A DNA stretch of 64,000 nucleotides from Podarcis gaigeae (taxonomy: Eukaryota), in assembly GCA_964106915.2 (NCBI GenBank), contig OZ066925.1. The stretch is one strand, 5' to 3'. Below are positions 25,401 through 37,365 of the stretch, one piece after another (the stretch's first letter is position 1; every line of letters begins with the position of its first letter). Both the position numbers and the translations under genes were made by a program. Under the pieces are notes generated by a model, which worked only from the letters and a program-made list of their open reading frames with translations, ran no database searches and had not been told where the DNA came from.

Positions 25401-26703
25401 ACTTGTACGGCAATATTTGTTTTAATTGTGGCTGATCGAGATTAAAAGATCAGAATTTTGGGTATGGCCACCTTTCTAAAGCGGACTATTTTATATCATA
25501 ATTAATCATCCCATCAATGGTCCGTGTTCCTTGCAAAAAAAAAAAAAAAAAAAAGCCAAGTCTCTCTCTCATGCACATACACACACACACACATACTCAC
25601 TCACTCACTCACTCACGCACACGCACACAAAGACAGGCTACCCTCCTTGTGATCGGAGACCTTCACATAAAATTATACAATAATTGAAGCAATAAAAAAG
25701 CAAAATAACATTGGCGGCATACTGTATTTAAATATATATTTATTATATTTCATAAGGAGTTATTGTTTCGGGAGCCACGGGGTTGTTATTAAGTCAGTAA
25801 CTACGAGCATATTCATTTGCATCGCTGTGTTTCACAGCAGTAAAAATTTACGAGTGCCTGGAAAGGTTAAATTATACTATTGTGTTTAGTTTGGGAACTC
25901 ACTGTAAATAATACTGTGCCGTTGAGTTCAGAGCTAACTGGGGCTGGCAGGGAAAAGTCAAATCCAACACGATTCCCCTTTCCAAAAGGGAATCTGCCCA
26001 CCGCCGAAGAGAGCAGGAGGATAACTGGGGCTGGGGGCGAGAGATCTCAAATCGATATCGAAATTTGCATCTTTATCTGCACCTCCGATCTAAGAGTCCT
26101 CGGACCCACAGCCAGGAATCCCTCTCTGTGGAATCGGACCCACAACTAGGAATCCCAAAGACCCACCTCCTGGCTCCTCAGTAATCTCTTTCTCTTCTCT
26201 CTCCCTCCCCTCACCCCCGCACAGCCCCCGAAATAATCCCAGCAGCAGAATAAGGCAAGGAACCGCAGACACATTTAACTTCTGCCACAAATACTAGCTT
26301 AACGTGCAGGTGTGGGAGACAATTACCCTTCTTGCTGTTTTTCTTTTAAATAATATTGTGACATTTTATCAAGAAGATGTTTGATGCCCTGTTCTTTGAT
26401 GCAGGTTTGACAACTAGATAACCTTTATATTTTATTTTATTTTAGTAAAAGGAAGAGACCAAGTCAAGAGGAGGAATGCAGAAGAGAACTTTTATGCGGG
26501 AGAAAAACTGAGCGGACACATCCCCCTCGATCAAGTTGACTGCGGCGGGATCCACGGCCACTGGGCATTTTATCCCTTCTGTCTCTCTCTCTCTCTCTCT
26601 CTCTGAAGTGTAACTACACATTCTGTCAAGAACCGGATAAAGCACAGCTATGTTGGAGACTGTGAGTGTGTGAGACTGTGTGTCTGTCTGTGGGTGGGGA
26701 AGG

Positions 26704-26706
<3 letters not shown>

Positions 26707-26744
<38 letters not shown>

Positions 26745-26772
26745 CACACACACACTACACACACTCACACTC
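26707..26772. repeat. (CA)n microsatellite
   Basis: Direct inspection. Confidence 0.95.
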
Positions 26773-27905
26773 TTCATGACGATTAATTCCTAAGCATGCA
26801 TGAAAGCAAAATAGGAGCAAAAATCCTGTCTGTCGCCTGCCTTTAAAGGGGCACCCTCTTTCGCCCTTGCATTTTTACGCAGTATCCCCGCTGGCGGATC
26901 GCATTCCCGAGCCGTCGGATTTGAAGTGCAAATAGTTATTTACTCTCCGGCACGTTCTTATATGGCTTCTGTAAGCGGCGGAGGGTTACCGCCGTCTAGG
27001 AAAAACAAGGAGAAGGTGATACGGTCTCAGATCAAGTCCAGTGTTGTGGATTAAAGTTATGACTAAATGGTGGATTGTCGGTGACATTTGCATTCATTGT
27101 CTTTCTCCGGAGGATTCCTAAACGTCTCTCCCCCCCCCCCCTATTTATTTCTCTTTCTTTCTTTCTTTCTTTCTTTGGAAAGAAATGCTGTGTTCTGCTA
27201 CTGGGAGGAGGGGGAAGAGAATAAGGATCTCTGTATTTTATTTTATTTTTATTTTTTAACTCTTCGTCAGGCTAGAGACGGGGCAAATAGCAAGGAAACC
27301 GCGTGCTAATGAAATTCGTCTGTGAATATTGTGAACGCAAAAAGTATGGTTCTCATTAGCTTTACATCACGTCAGCGTTCTTTTCCCCTTTTATACTTCT
27401 CCAATAGCTGAGTCTTGAGAAAAACTTAAATTAGCAGTTAGTTCTCTTTTTTTGACATAAGGTCCCGAGATTACAAGAAACAATTAATATTTCACAGATC
27501 CTCAGCAGAAACAATTTCGCAGAGGCGTTGCTGGAAATATCTTCCCATGCCTCAACAAAGCCATTTCTTTTAAAAAAAAAATGTAGACAAATGTCTTCCT
27601 ATGTAATTACAGCTAAAGTATGTGATCGCCTTAGTGCGATATCCTCAACAGGAGAGAGGAGGAAAATATTATTATTAGTCGGTTTCTCTCCTGGAAAGAC
27701 GGAAGTCTTACGTCATTTTTGTTTAAAATCGAGAGTCAGCTGTTGTGAAATATGCTGCCAGAACTTCCTTCCTCCTCGAAGGAGAAAAATAATCTTAACA
27801 GCAGGATTCCTAAATGTTTTTATGACTTTTTGGGGTTTTGGAGGCGGTAGTGACTTTTCATTCTGGATTAAGCCTTTGATAGTGGGAAACAACGGGAATG
27901 ATCCA

Positions 27906-28075
27906 GCTGCAATCCCCGGCACGTACTACAGAGTAAGTCCCATTAAAGCTCAGTGGGACTTACTTCTGGGTAAAATTGCAGTCTAAGACTGCAGTCTCTT
28001 TATCCAGTTACCTAGAAGCGCCATTGAACTCAGTGGGACTTACTTTTGAGTAGACATGTAGAAATTTGAAATGTA
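27906..28075. mobile_element. Two head-to-tail MITE-like copies separated by TAA
   Basis: Perfect 11-bp arms AGTAAGTCCCA (27932) / TGGGACTTACT (27954); junction ATTGCAGTC-TAA-GACTGCAGT. Confidence 0.75.
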
Positions 28076-28653
28076 AGGCTCGCGTTACAATAAAGGAATA
28101 AACATTTCAGAGCTCCCTTAAAAAAGCTGGCTGCTGAACCATTAAAATTAAAGAATTTAAAGATGATTTGTTATATTCACCTTCGAAATGATAGAAAGGG
28201 ATAAATACAAAGTACTTCGCCATTTTCTTCATTTGGTGCACATATTGTATTTTCAGTATAAACAGGAATCTTTTTTTAATAGCTCGGCTTTGTAGCACCT
28301 ATAGCTGACTTCCATTTAGTGACAAATAATATGAAAATGGAGAAAGCCTCCTCATTAGCCGAATTCCTGCTTTCTTTGAACTGTTAATTAGCTCCAATGA
28401 AATAGGCTTCGGGTTGGAATAAGGCGGCTACCAGTCTTTGGACATTACCCTGAACACATAAATTGGGACTTACTCCCGAGTAAGTGTGTGCAGAACGGTA
28501 GCCGTGACATATAAACAACCCATATACACTGTCTCGCCCATTTCGGGAAATTTTCGCCCAGGTTAAAAAATGTTATACTGATCTCAACAGTATTTATTTC
28601 AAGTTAGTGTGCATATATGGTCGCAGCTTCAGAGTTTTAATAACCATATCTGG

Positions 28654-28654
<1 letters not shown>

Positions 28655-28703
<49 letters not shown>
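28655..28703. repeat. (CA)n microsatellite
   Basis: Direct inspection. Confidence 0.95.
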
Positions 28704-28705
<2 letters not shown>

Positions 28706-28975
28706 TTAGGTTTTAACCCTTGAATCTACCTACCAGACAGATCAAAGGAAAAATAAAAACGCCGTTTAAGGGTTATAACTGTGTGCTCGCACTTTATTTA
28801 CTTATTTTACACAGAGTCTAAAGTAATCAGTATGTTCCTAAACATATCTAAGCAATATAATTGACTAATGTTTCTCTCTCCTCCCCCCCATATATTCCAC
28901 CCCTTCTCCCTCTCATTCATGCACACATATATATGTGTGTACACACAGAGACATATAGAGTTTTCTCTTTTTAAA

Positions 28976-28976
<1 letters not shown>

Positions 28977-29023
<47 letters not shown>

Positions 29024-29025
29024 AA
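28977..29025. repeat. (GAAA)n microsatellite
   Basis: Direct inspection. Confidence 0.95.
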
Positions 29026-30661
29026 AGTAGTCCTAATAGGATTTGGATAATATTCTGTAGGAGGTAATGTATTGAGCACTGACATGGAGAATTCCGGGTT
29101 CTTGGGTTTGTCTGTTTTGTTGTGTTTTTAGCTTTTAAATAAGCTTTGCTTGAGATAAGTGACCAAACAATCGTAGAATGATTCAGAAGAAGCACAGACT
29201 TCATACAGAAGGCTGGCCATAGTAGCTGCTTGCATACAGCAATGCCTTCTTTCTGTATTCATGTGGTGGGAACATGTACGTCCTCTAGATCCAAGCCGTA
29301 GGCACGTGCATTCGTGCAAACACAGACACATACATAACCACACAATGTCCATATTATAAGCAGCAATGCCCCCGAAGCACTTATCGTGTGAACTTGCCAT
29401 TTAAATTATTCAACCGTGGCAAAGGCTCCCCCCAAAATTGACGGGACGGTGTGTGTTTGTGGGAGGCAGAATTAAACAAATCTGATTTCTCCAGCCTTTT
29501 TAATTGTTCTCTGAAACGTTCGGAAACTTGAAGGGTGGGGGGAGGGGGAAAAAGAATATAAAGGATATTCCCGTGCGTTTCCCAATACCCACGCACCCGT
29601 ACCCACCGCAGGACATGGAAGGGAGAGGTCTTGTTCATTTACAATAGCTGTAAACAATGTGTGTATCCGGTGTAAACAAGGCGCTGCGGCTCCTTCGCCT
29701 CTCGCTGGGCTGCTGCGCATAAATGGCAAGGCGACAGCAAAGCACAGCGCAGCCTCGAGCCCAAGCGAGGTCGCTGTTGCTTATTCCGCCTCATTGGAAT
29801 GCAGGCGCCCGGACACACTCCAATAATGATCGTAACCGAGGCCTTGTGAGCTCCAGAGAAATCCTTGGGGTCCCCCCTCCTGAGTTTTCCTGCGTCCCCG
29901 AGCTCCCTCTTTCCGCCTCTTATGCCCTTAGGGTCTGCATTCCCTGCAGACATTGGAAGGACTGTTCTAGCTTCGGGGTGGGGGGAGAAAACAGCCGAGA
30001 GAAAACAGAGTGATTCTGAAGGCCACCACTGTAAGTAAAGGGAGAGCGAGGGCTGTGTGTGTGTGTGTGTGTGTGTTTGCGCAAACGGGCCGGCGGCGAG
30101 ACCTCATAACACAATATAGCTCAATAAAATATAATGAGAGAGAACCAGTAAGCAGAGCTGGAAATTGCTACCAGATTCCCTCTCTTTACAGCGGAGTAAC
30201 TGAAACACACCCAATACATAGGGAGGAAAACAGCAACAGATATTTTTGCGAATAATGCGAATAATATCACCAGCAACAGCAGCAACAATAATCAAAGTAT
30301 CCATTGATACGGATTAGACAATAAAATCTGGACATTCCTAAACTGGCAGAGTGCACCTGACCTTGAAGGAAACCTGCATGAGAAAAACCGAAGACAACCG
30401 ATCCTAGCTAAGCTTGAAGGTCTACTCCAATAGCGCCTTGAAACATTTTCCCCCTCTTCCACCTTGGCTGAAATGCATTAATTGAGGCAGCCGGAAAGGC
30501 GCGGGGTTTTTCGGCGAGCAGAAGGCAAACCAATGGCATTGGGACTTAACGCCTGCCAGATTTCTTCGGTAAAAGGCGGTATTATTAGTATTGTATCGCT
30601 ATTACTAAGGATGGACTCCGGCGCTTATTCTTATTCTTATTAGACCCGGTTGATGATTTCA

Positions 30662-30750
30662 AACTGAAGTAATTAAGGCAGTTTCGTGCTGTAGAGAGAG
30701 ATTGAGATCCAGCCCCAACAACATGAAACTACCTAAACCACCGACCAGTT
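30662..30750 (-). ncRNA. MIR196B: pre-miR-196 (HoxA-linked locus, ortholog of mammalian mir-196b); mature 5p at 30714-30735
   Basis: Mature UAGGUAGUUUCAUGUUGUUGGG; 3p arm ACAGCACGAAACUGCCUUA pairs with it; flanks AACUGG/UCAGUU close the stem; lies between A9 and A10. Confidence 0.97.
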
Positions 30751-32084
30751 CTCAGCCTCCTAATTAAGAGGGCTCCCCACTGCCGCTTTCCTTAGGAAAC
30801 AGGATCCCGCTTCGAATAAATATGGAGAGACACCAATGCCCAAAAGAAACAGATTCCGAGCGGGTGGGGTGGGGAAAGCCCCCTCCCCCCAAAAAACCGA
30901 ACAGCAACAAGACCTCACCCTTCCCACCGCCCCCCTCTGCCCTCTCCACCAAAGTCTCCATCTCGGTCTACAAACTTTCCACATTCTTGTGTGTGTGCTT
31001 TAAAAAAAAATGAAGTTCTTTCTCTTCTTCTGGACCCGCCAAATCATTAGAAACGCCTTTGTGCCCAGTCTGTAGTCACTCCGTTTAATCTTACTCTCTA
31101 CGTTCCATCATAGTTCTCTAACTTAGCCACGGATCGAATTAGGTATGGTGCCTTTTTAAAATGCAACTTAGAGAAAGGGTCAGCAGGGCCAGGGAGGCCT
31201 CGAGAGGCAAGAATCCTTGTATACATAGGCTATCGAAGGCGATCAAGATGCGCGGGTTCAAAGTCTGGAAAAAGAAATGGCTACACAGCCCTTTCAGGCT
31301 CCCATCACCACCGCCTCCATACCCACCCCTTCCAATCTCCCCCTCTTTCTTCCCTCCCCACCCGATGCGCCTTTGTCTGGATTCTAGAGCTGATCAACGT
31401 GCAATGATACAGAACCTTAATGCCAAAACATTCTCCGCTTAAGCGCATCCGCAAGCAGGCAGGTAGCGAGGCAGGGAGGAATAAACATGGCGGAAAAGCT
31501 GATCGATCAAGGAGAACAAGGCTCAAGATCCTCGTTCCCACGTGCTCACCTTTTCAGAATCGCCTTTTTGTGTATGTGGGGGCATCTAGGTTTTCCTCTG
31601 GAGTTGAAAAGATCTCCGAGCGTCTAGTGGGGTAGTTTTGTTTGGTTTAAAATAAAAAATAAAATAAAATAATAATGGATCCTTCCTCGCGAGTTAACCA
31701 TCGAGTTATTTGAATAAAATAAATAAATAAAGAGAAGCCCAAGTCCTCTAACTTCGCAAATAAGTAGCCCTTGGCTTCCTCTGCCTGTGCAGCCCCTCAG
31801 TCAACTAAAACCACTCGTCCAAGACAGCAACAATCCAGATATACTAGCAAGTCATAAAACTGAACAAAAGCCGACAAACCTTACAGCACCATTGCTATAT
31901 GGCCCAGACAAATTACGACCGTCTAGGTAATATTTAAATAGATTCCTAAAGTAATTGCAGGGGGCTCGGGCAAACTATTCCTGTTGTAAAAGTTCTTGGA
32001 GATCTGAAAGTAGGACCATGAGAATAAACAGTCACAAACGAGGTATTTTTTTTTTTAAAAAAGAGGGTGGTTCATTCCATGCCT

Positions 32085-32090
32085 TTTATT
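32085..32090 (-). terminator. Probable HoxA10 polyadenylation signal AATAAA
   Basis: AATAAA ~1.3 kb after the stop. Confidence 0.5.
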
Positions 32091-33384
32091 CTTCTTCCAA
32101 GAGAAACATAAACAGCGTCTCCATTTTGTCCCGTGTTTTTTTTTTTTTTGTTTTGTTTTTTTTTTGCTTTACTTCCACGCAGGGCAGCATTACAATTCAT
32201 TGGTTTTAAGGTAAGGAGGGGATGGACGAGAGATAGAGCTAACATCGAGAATAACGCTATAGAATGCTTTGCTTGCAACAGTATCGGCATTTTAATAATA
32301 TTAATAATATTAATATTAATAGACATTTATACATATTCTGTATTCATAGATATTTTTTTTCTTTAAAAAAAAAAATCTTCTCTTTGCACTACACGCTTGA
32401 CCTTTTCAACGCATGTAACTTCACAGTATCAAGGAAACCAGGGGGGAAACTTTCACCTCCCTTGCTGTCCCCCACAGTCAAGTCAGGGGGAAAATTTCAT
32501 CTGGTGGTCCAATATACATAGAATAACACACCTCTCCGTGGACAAAGTCGTTTCTCCCCTCCAAAGCGGGGAGATTTCTTCCTTCCTTCCTTTCATGTGC
32601 TTGACAAGCGTAACTAGCGGTAACCCAAAGGTATCCAAAGCAAAAACTACCTCAAGTCATTACCTACAACCAGAAAGTGTAAGATTTTAGCCAATAAAGC
32701 AGACAAAGACTTTCCTCTCTCCTTTTTTGAGGGAAGGGGGAGGTGGAGGGGGAAGAGGTCTCATTTTCGTGGCAATTTTAAAAGTTGTAATATTAAATAT
32801 GGATTTTTGGGTACGCGGGGGATTGGGCACAAACATATAAGTGCGCCAGCCTTGGCTCCTGACACCGTATTCTATAACCTGATGTTATCTGGATCGGCTA
32901 GACGCATGCTTCCTATTAAGCAGCGGCGTGGCCAGATTTTAATTATTCGAAACCATCCTCGGCTCAGATCCAAAACACCAGCTATCATTACAGTGGGGTG
33001 GGAGAGAACGCAAGTTGCCTTCAGTCTTATTTGGCTCAATTTTCTGAAAATGGAGTTTGGGAGAAGGGTGTTGAGAAGGGGGGACAATAGGCATCTAGGG
33101 TTCTGAAAACCATTTCCCCCCCCTCAGCGTCAGACTTTCCAGACCGGGCATTGACTGAGGGCAGCAGCGGACATGGATGGGGTAGTGTGCATCAGTTATG
33201 GCTTCATCCCAACGAAATCAATTACCAAGAGGCCATGGAGAGGCTGAGGATGTAATTGAAAGGCTCGGACGCACACAGGTGCGAGTAGCTAGAGGCTTAG
33301 GGGATGGGGAGGAGACCCGTGGGTGGGGGGTGGGGTGGAACCGTCCTAGCTGTTCAGACCATCAAGATGCGTGCCTAGGGTTCA

Positions 33385-33659
33385 TCAGGAGAAATTGAAG
33401 TTGGCTGTGAGCTCCCGGATTCGATTCTCCCTGTTCATTTTCTTCAGTTTCATCCTGCGGTTCTGAAACCAGATTTTGACTTGTCTGTCTGTTAGGTGGA
33501 CTGTGCGGCTGATCTCTAGGCGACGCTCACGAGTCAGGTACATGTTGAACAGAAACTCCTTTTCCAGCTCGAGAGTTTGGTGCTTGGTGTAAGGGCATCG
33601 CTTCTTCCTGCCACTTTTTGCGGTGAGCCAACTGGCTGCGTTCTCTCCTTTGGAATTGC
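33385..33659 (-). CDS. HOXA10: Hox-A10 exon 2 (homeodomain)
   Basis: Acceptor aactag|GC; [91 protein letters not shown]. Frame missed by the ORF track. Confidence 0.97.
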
Positions 33660-34183
33660 CTAGTTTTAAAGGGGGGGGGGGGATAAGGAAAAAAAGGGAA
33701 GGTTACCAGAACGACACCAGGAAAACTTGGGCGGCGTAGCGGGGCTGGGCTGGGGGACGCTTCCGTACTTAGTACCGAATATAAATTTGAGAAGGGCACT
33801 CTGGCCTTCCTTCAGGGTTCGGGTCCCTCTCAAATCGGGAGCCCCAAAGGAGAGCGAGCATTGCAACACACTCCCTGACTTTGCCGCATCTCGCTGGTCT
33901 GAGAGACCGGATCGCTTTTGGAGTTGACACCGATGCGCACAAATGCCTTTGGCAGTGGCGTCTTGCAGGGTTTTGCCTCTGCTTCAGTCCTGGCCGTTTG
34001 TTCTCAAAACACTCGTTGCGAGACCGCCCCCGCTCCCTCCCCTAAATCCAGATTATTTGAAAATGTGGTCGACGCTGTCGAAGCGCTCGATTAAAAAAAA
34101 GAAGAAGCCCTGGGTGGCTGTTTTTTTTTAATTGGGGGTGGGGTCGTTTTCGAATTGTTATGCCTAATATTTCTGGCGAATGA

Positions 34184-34300
34184 GGGCTGCAATCCCATCT
34201 AAACTACTCCACACACCCTTCCAGAGCATGTTCGCTCAGAAGTAAGTCCCACTGTGTTCAGTGCGGCTTACTCCCCGGTAAGCAGGTATAGGAATGTTGC
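34184..34300. mobile_element. MITE-like element copy (HoxA10 intron)
   Basis: GGGCTGCAATCCC...CTCAGAAGTAAGTCCCACTGTGTTCAGTGCGGCTTACTCCC...GTATAGGA. Confidence 0.7.
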
Positions 34301-35488
34301 GTTACTGAGAATCAAGCCCGTTCAATTCAGTGGTGCAGCAAACAAGCAAGCATAGGAACGGTCTGTGCGTTTAAAATTCAAATTAAATCTAAACCGTTGG
34401 GCAGTTTAGCGCTGAGATGGTTCCTACAAGCACACACTGATAATGCACGTTGTTTTTTTTTAAAGCACATATGCATTTCTCTTTATTTTTTGGAAGTACA
34501 TGTAGCTGGAGGTGGGGTTGGGGCGGGAAACCCAACTCTCTCTGTGTGCATTTAGATAACGATATGCATATGCATATATGTGTGCACACACTTAACATGC
34601 TTCATTGCATCCTGTTTCAGAATTGTGGGAAAACAACAACTGTAAGCTTACCCTGCGGAGTTCCCGGTTTTATTTTCTTATTATTATTTTATTATTCCCT
34701 TTAATGGCATCATGAAATAGAAAATTCTTCTGCAAAAGCCACTCGCCATCCCCGCGCCTTGAAATGAATGACTGAGCACCGACCAGGAACTCTGGCATTC
34801 TTGTACAGCTCCCATTCATTCCAATGACCCTGCGTATATTTCAACACAGAAGTCTTGTGGCGCTCTGGAGAGCCTCTTGCAGCGCAGTCTCCAGCAGTCT
34901 AATTTGATAGTGCTTCATAGAAGAGAATTTTAACCCAGCTGCCTCCTTTTTTTTTTTTTTTTAAGGCATCCAGGATCGTAAACTAGAACTTAGCCTGTTA
35001 ATGGGCTTATTTATTGGCGCTGGCCCCTTGCTTACTTTGGACGCTTTACAAACATCTATGTTATCTCTGCAGTCACCTCAGCATCACTTGAGGCGAGGAA
35101 ATACAGAGCTGTATTTATCTCTTTTTCCCTTTCTTCCTATTTTGTCTCTTTTCAAGCCCTTTGGCTTTAGGATTTTACCCATACTCAGCTTTTCCTTTCT
35201 TTTTGTATGGCTCATAAACTCGAAGGGGTGGCTATATCAATACTTATTTATTTACAGCATCCCAGCGTCCAAATATGAATGGCAGCTCAGCAGGTTACGC
35301 TAAGCCGCTCTATGAATGGCCATTTTGGTCAGCGAAGGGGGCTTCCAGTATTCTGGGCGATTCTCACCCCCTTATCGCATCCCACCCCTCCTGGTTTTTG
35401 TGGCAACGGGGCCGGCTGCCGTGCGCGGGGGCGGGGGAGCTAGGCGGGTAGAGAGTAGTGCATTTATTTATGTTATTTTATTGCTCAC

Positions 35489-36458
35489 CTAGCGTTTCCT
35501 TCTCTGGAGAGGGCTTGCTGTTCTCTGAAGGAGCCGGGGAGAGTTCTTCGGGGGCCGAAGAGGAAGCTTGCCCTTCTTCCTCACCCCTTTGGGCCACGCA
35601 AGCCAAGGTGCTGGGTGGGGATGAATCCTCGCTGTCTTTTCTCCCCGGATCCGGCGGTGGGACTGCAGGAGTCAACGCTGGCGGAGTTTCAAAGCGCACT
35701 TGAGGTTGCGGGGCGAACTGTGAAGGAACCACCATCTGCCCCGGATGGTGCTGCTGCTGCTGCTGTTGGTGGTGATGATGATGTTGATGGTGGTGGTTGC
35801 TGTTGTTGTTGTAGCTGCTGCCATTGCTGCTGCCGCTGCTCTTGCTGGTGCCGTAGGCTTGAGACAAGCGGAAGTAGCCTGGGACGGGCACCCCGGTGGC
35901 TGTCACGTTGTTCATGGAGCAGACCTCCGAGCTCAGCCTTGGGAAAACGGACAAGTCGGTGGCCGCCGCCTCTTTGGGGCCCTTCTCGGCGTCATAGAGG
36001 CAGTAGGAGCTCTCCTCTTTGATGTTGGGAGCGAAGGAGCAGGAGGTCGCCTGCGGGCTCTCGTGCTCTTCCAGGCGGCAGGACCGGGGGGGATCTAGCC
36101 AGACTTCCATCCCTGACATGTAGGCGTGAGAAGCCGGCGCCACGCTTGGAGAAGGGCCTTCATTGCGTTTGCTCAAGACCGGGAAAAGCCCGTAGCTTTG
36201 CAGCCCATAGGACAGATCGGACGCCTGTGGCAGGTAGACACCGCTGTTGTTGGGATAGTAGCCGCCGCCTCCTCCGCCTCCTCCTCCTCCAACTCCTCCG
36301 CCGCCCCCGCCTCCGCCTCCTCCGCCTTCCCCTCTGCTTGAGGCTGAGCTGATCAAGGAGTCCACCAAAAAAGAGTTTGCAGCGGGGCTCTCCGAGCATG
36401 CCATGGCCGTGGTGGAATAATTTGGCGAAGAGAGCAGATAGCCCTTTCTGGCTGACAT
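35489..36458 (-). CDS. HOXA10: Hox-A10 exon 1; spliced protein 414 aa
   Basis: MSARKGYLL...MACSESPAANSFLVDSLIS...PVPGYFRLSQAY...; donor G|GTGAG; 970+275 nt = 415 codons. Confidence 0.97.
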
Positions 36459-37269
36459 TTCTTGTGCAAAACATGCTGGATATGATTAGAGATACCCCCG
36501 CGCCACGGCGAGTGCGTGCAGCCAATGGAATCCCAGCCCTCTCCAGCAACCCCTCCCCGTTTGGTTTCGTAGGCAATGAGCTGCTCTCAGGTCCACTGCT
36601 GAATTTTATATATGTGTGTGTGTATGTGTGTGTGTGTGTGTAATCGATGGTGCCACATAGCTGCCCTTGCCTAGGTACCCGGGGGTACAACTGATGTTGC
36701 CACATATAGGCTGCCTTTTGCCTGCGTGTCAGCAAAGGAGGGGGAAAGGCGCGCGTGGGCTCTCGCGCACACGGAGGAGAAAGGGGAGACAAACAATAGA
36801 AAACAATTTGCCCCGATTTTAATGCAACCCATAATTTAGCCAGGCTTCCTCTTTAAGCATATGCGCTAATGTATAAAAATGCAAAGGAGCATATTAAGCG
36901 TTCAGGTCGTAAAGCGAGCTGTAAGTGAACCTTTCAACATCCCAACTCCTCTCTCTCTTTCTGCCACCTCGCCACCAACATCCCCCCTCCCCCCCTTTTG
37001 CTCTCCCAATCCCATCTCATACAGCCCATGGCTGTGATGAAATTATTAAAACCTCAGTATTTATTGTCAAGCCCTGGGACATGCTTTTGCTTAGCTATTT
37101 TTAGTGGCGGTGATTATGGCATCACGGGCCACTGGAAGTTCTAAACCAACCTGACCTCCTCACTAGCACTGAAGGTTTACGGACATCATAAAGTCACCCA
37201 ATGTCTCCTCAAGATGACAAGGACACTAATGAAGAAAATTCTCAAGCCTGGCTCCCATCTTTGAATATT

Positions 37270-37365
37270 GGCATATACATGTTTTACGCGGAAGCAAGTC
37301 CCACTGTGTTCAGTGTGGTATGGGTGGGTTTACTTTCAGCTAAGTGTACATATAGAAATACCGCC
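37270..37365. mobile_element. MITE-like element copy
   Basis: GGAAGCAAGTCCCACTGTGTTCAGTG...TTTACTTTC; 20-nt identity AAGTCCCACTGTGTTCAGTG with the 34.2-kb copy. Confidence 0.7.

Noticed and set aside
27906-28075. Palindromic repeats as a CRISPR array or novel miRNA
   Set aside because: Vertebrate locus; copies are dispersed and degenerate with no repeat-spacer periodicity; a MITE explains them better
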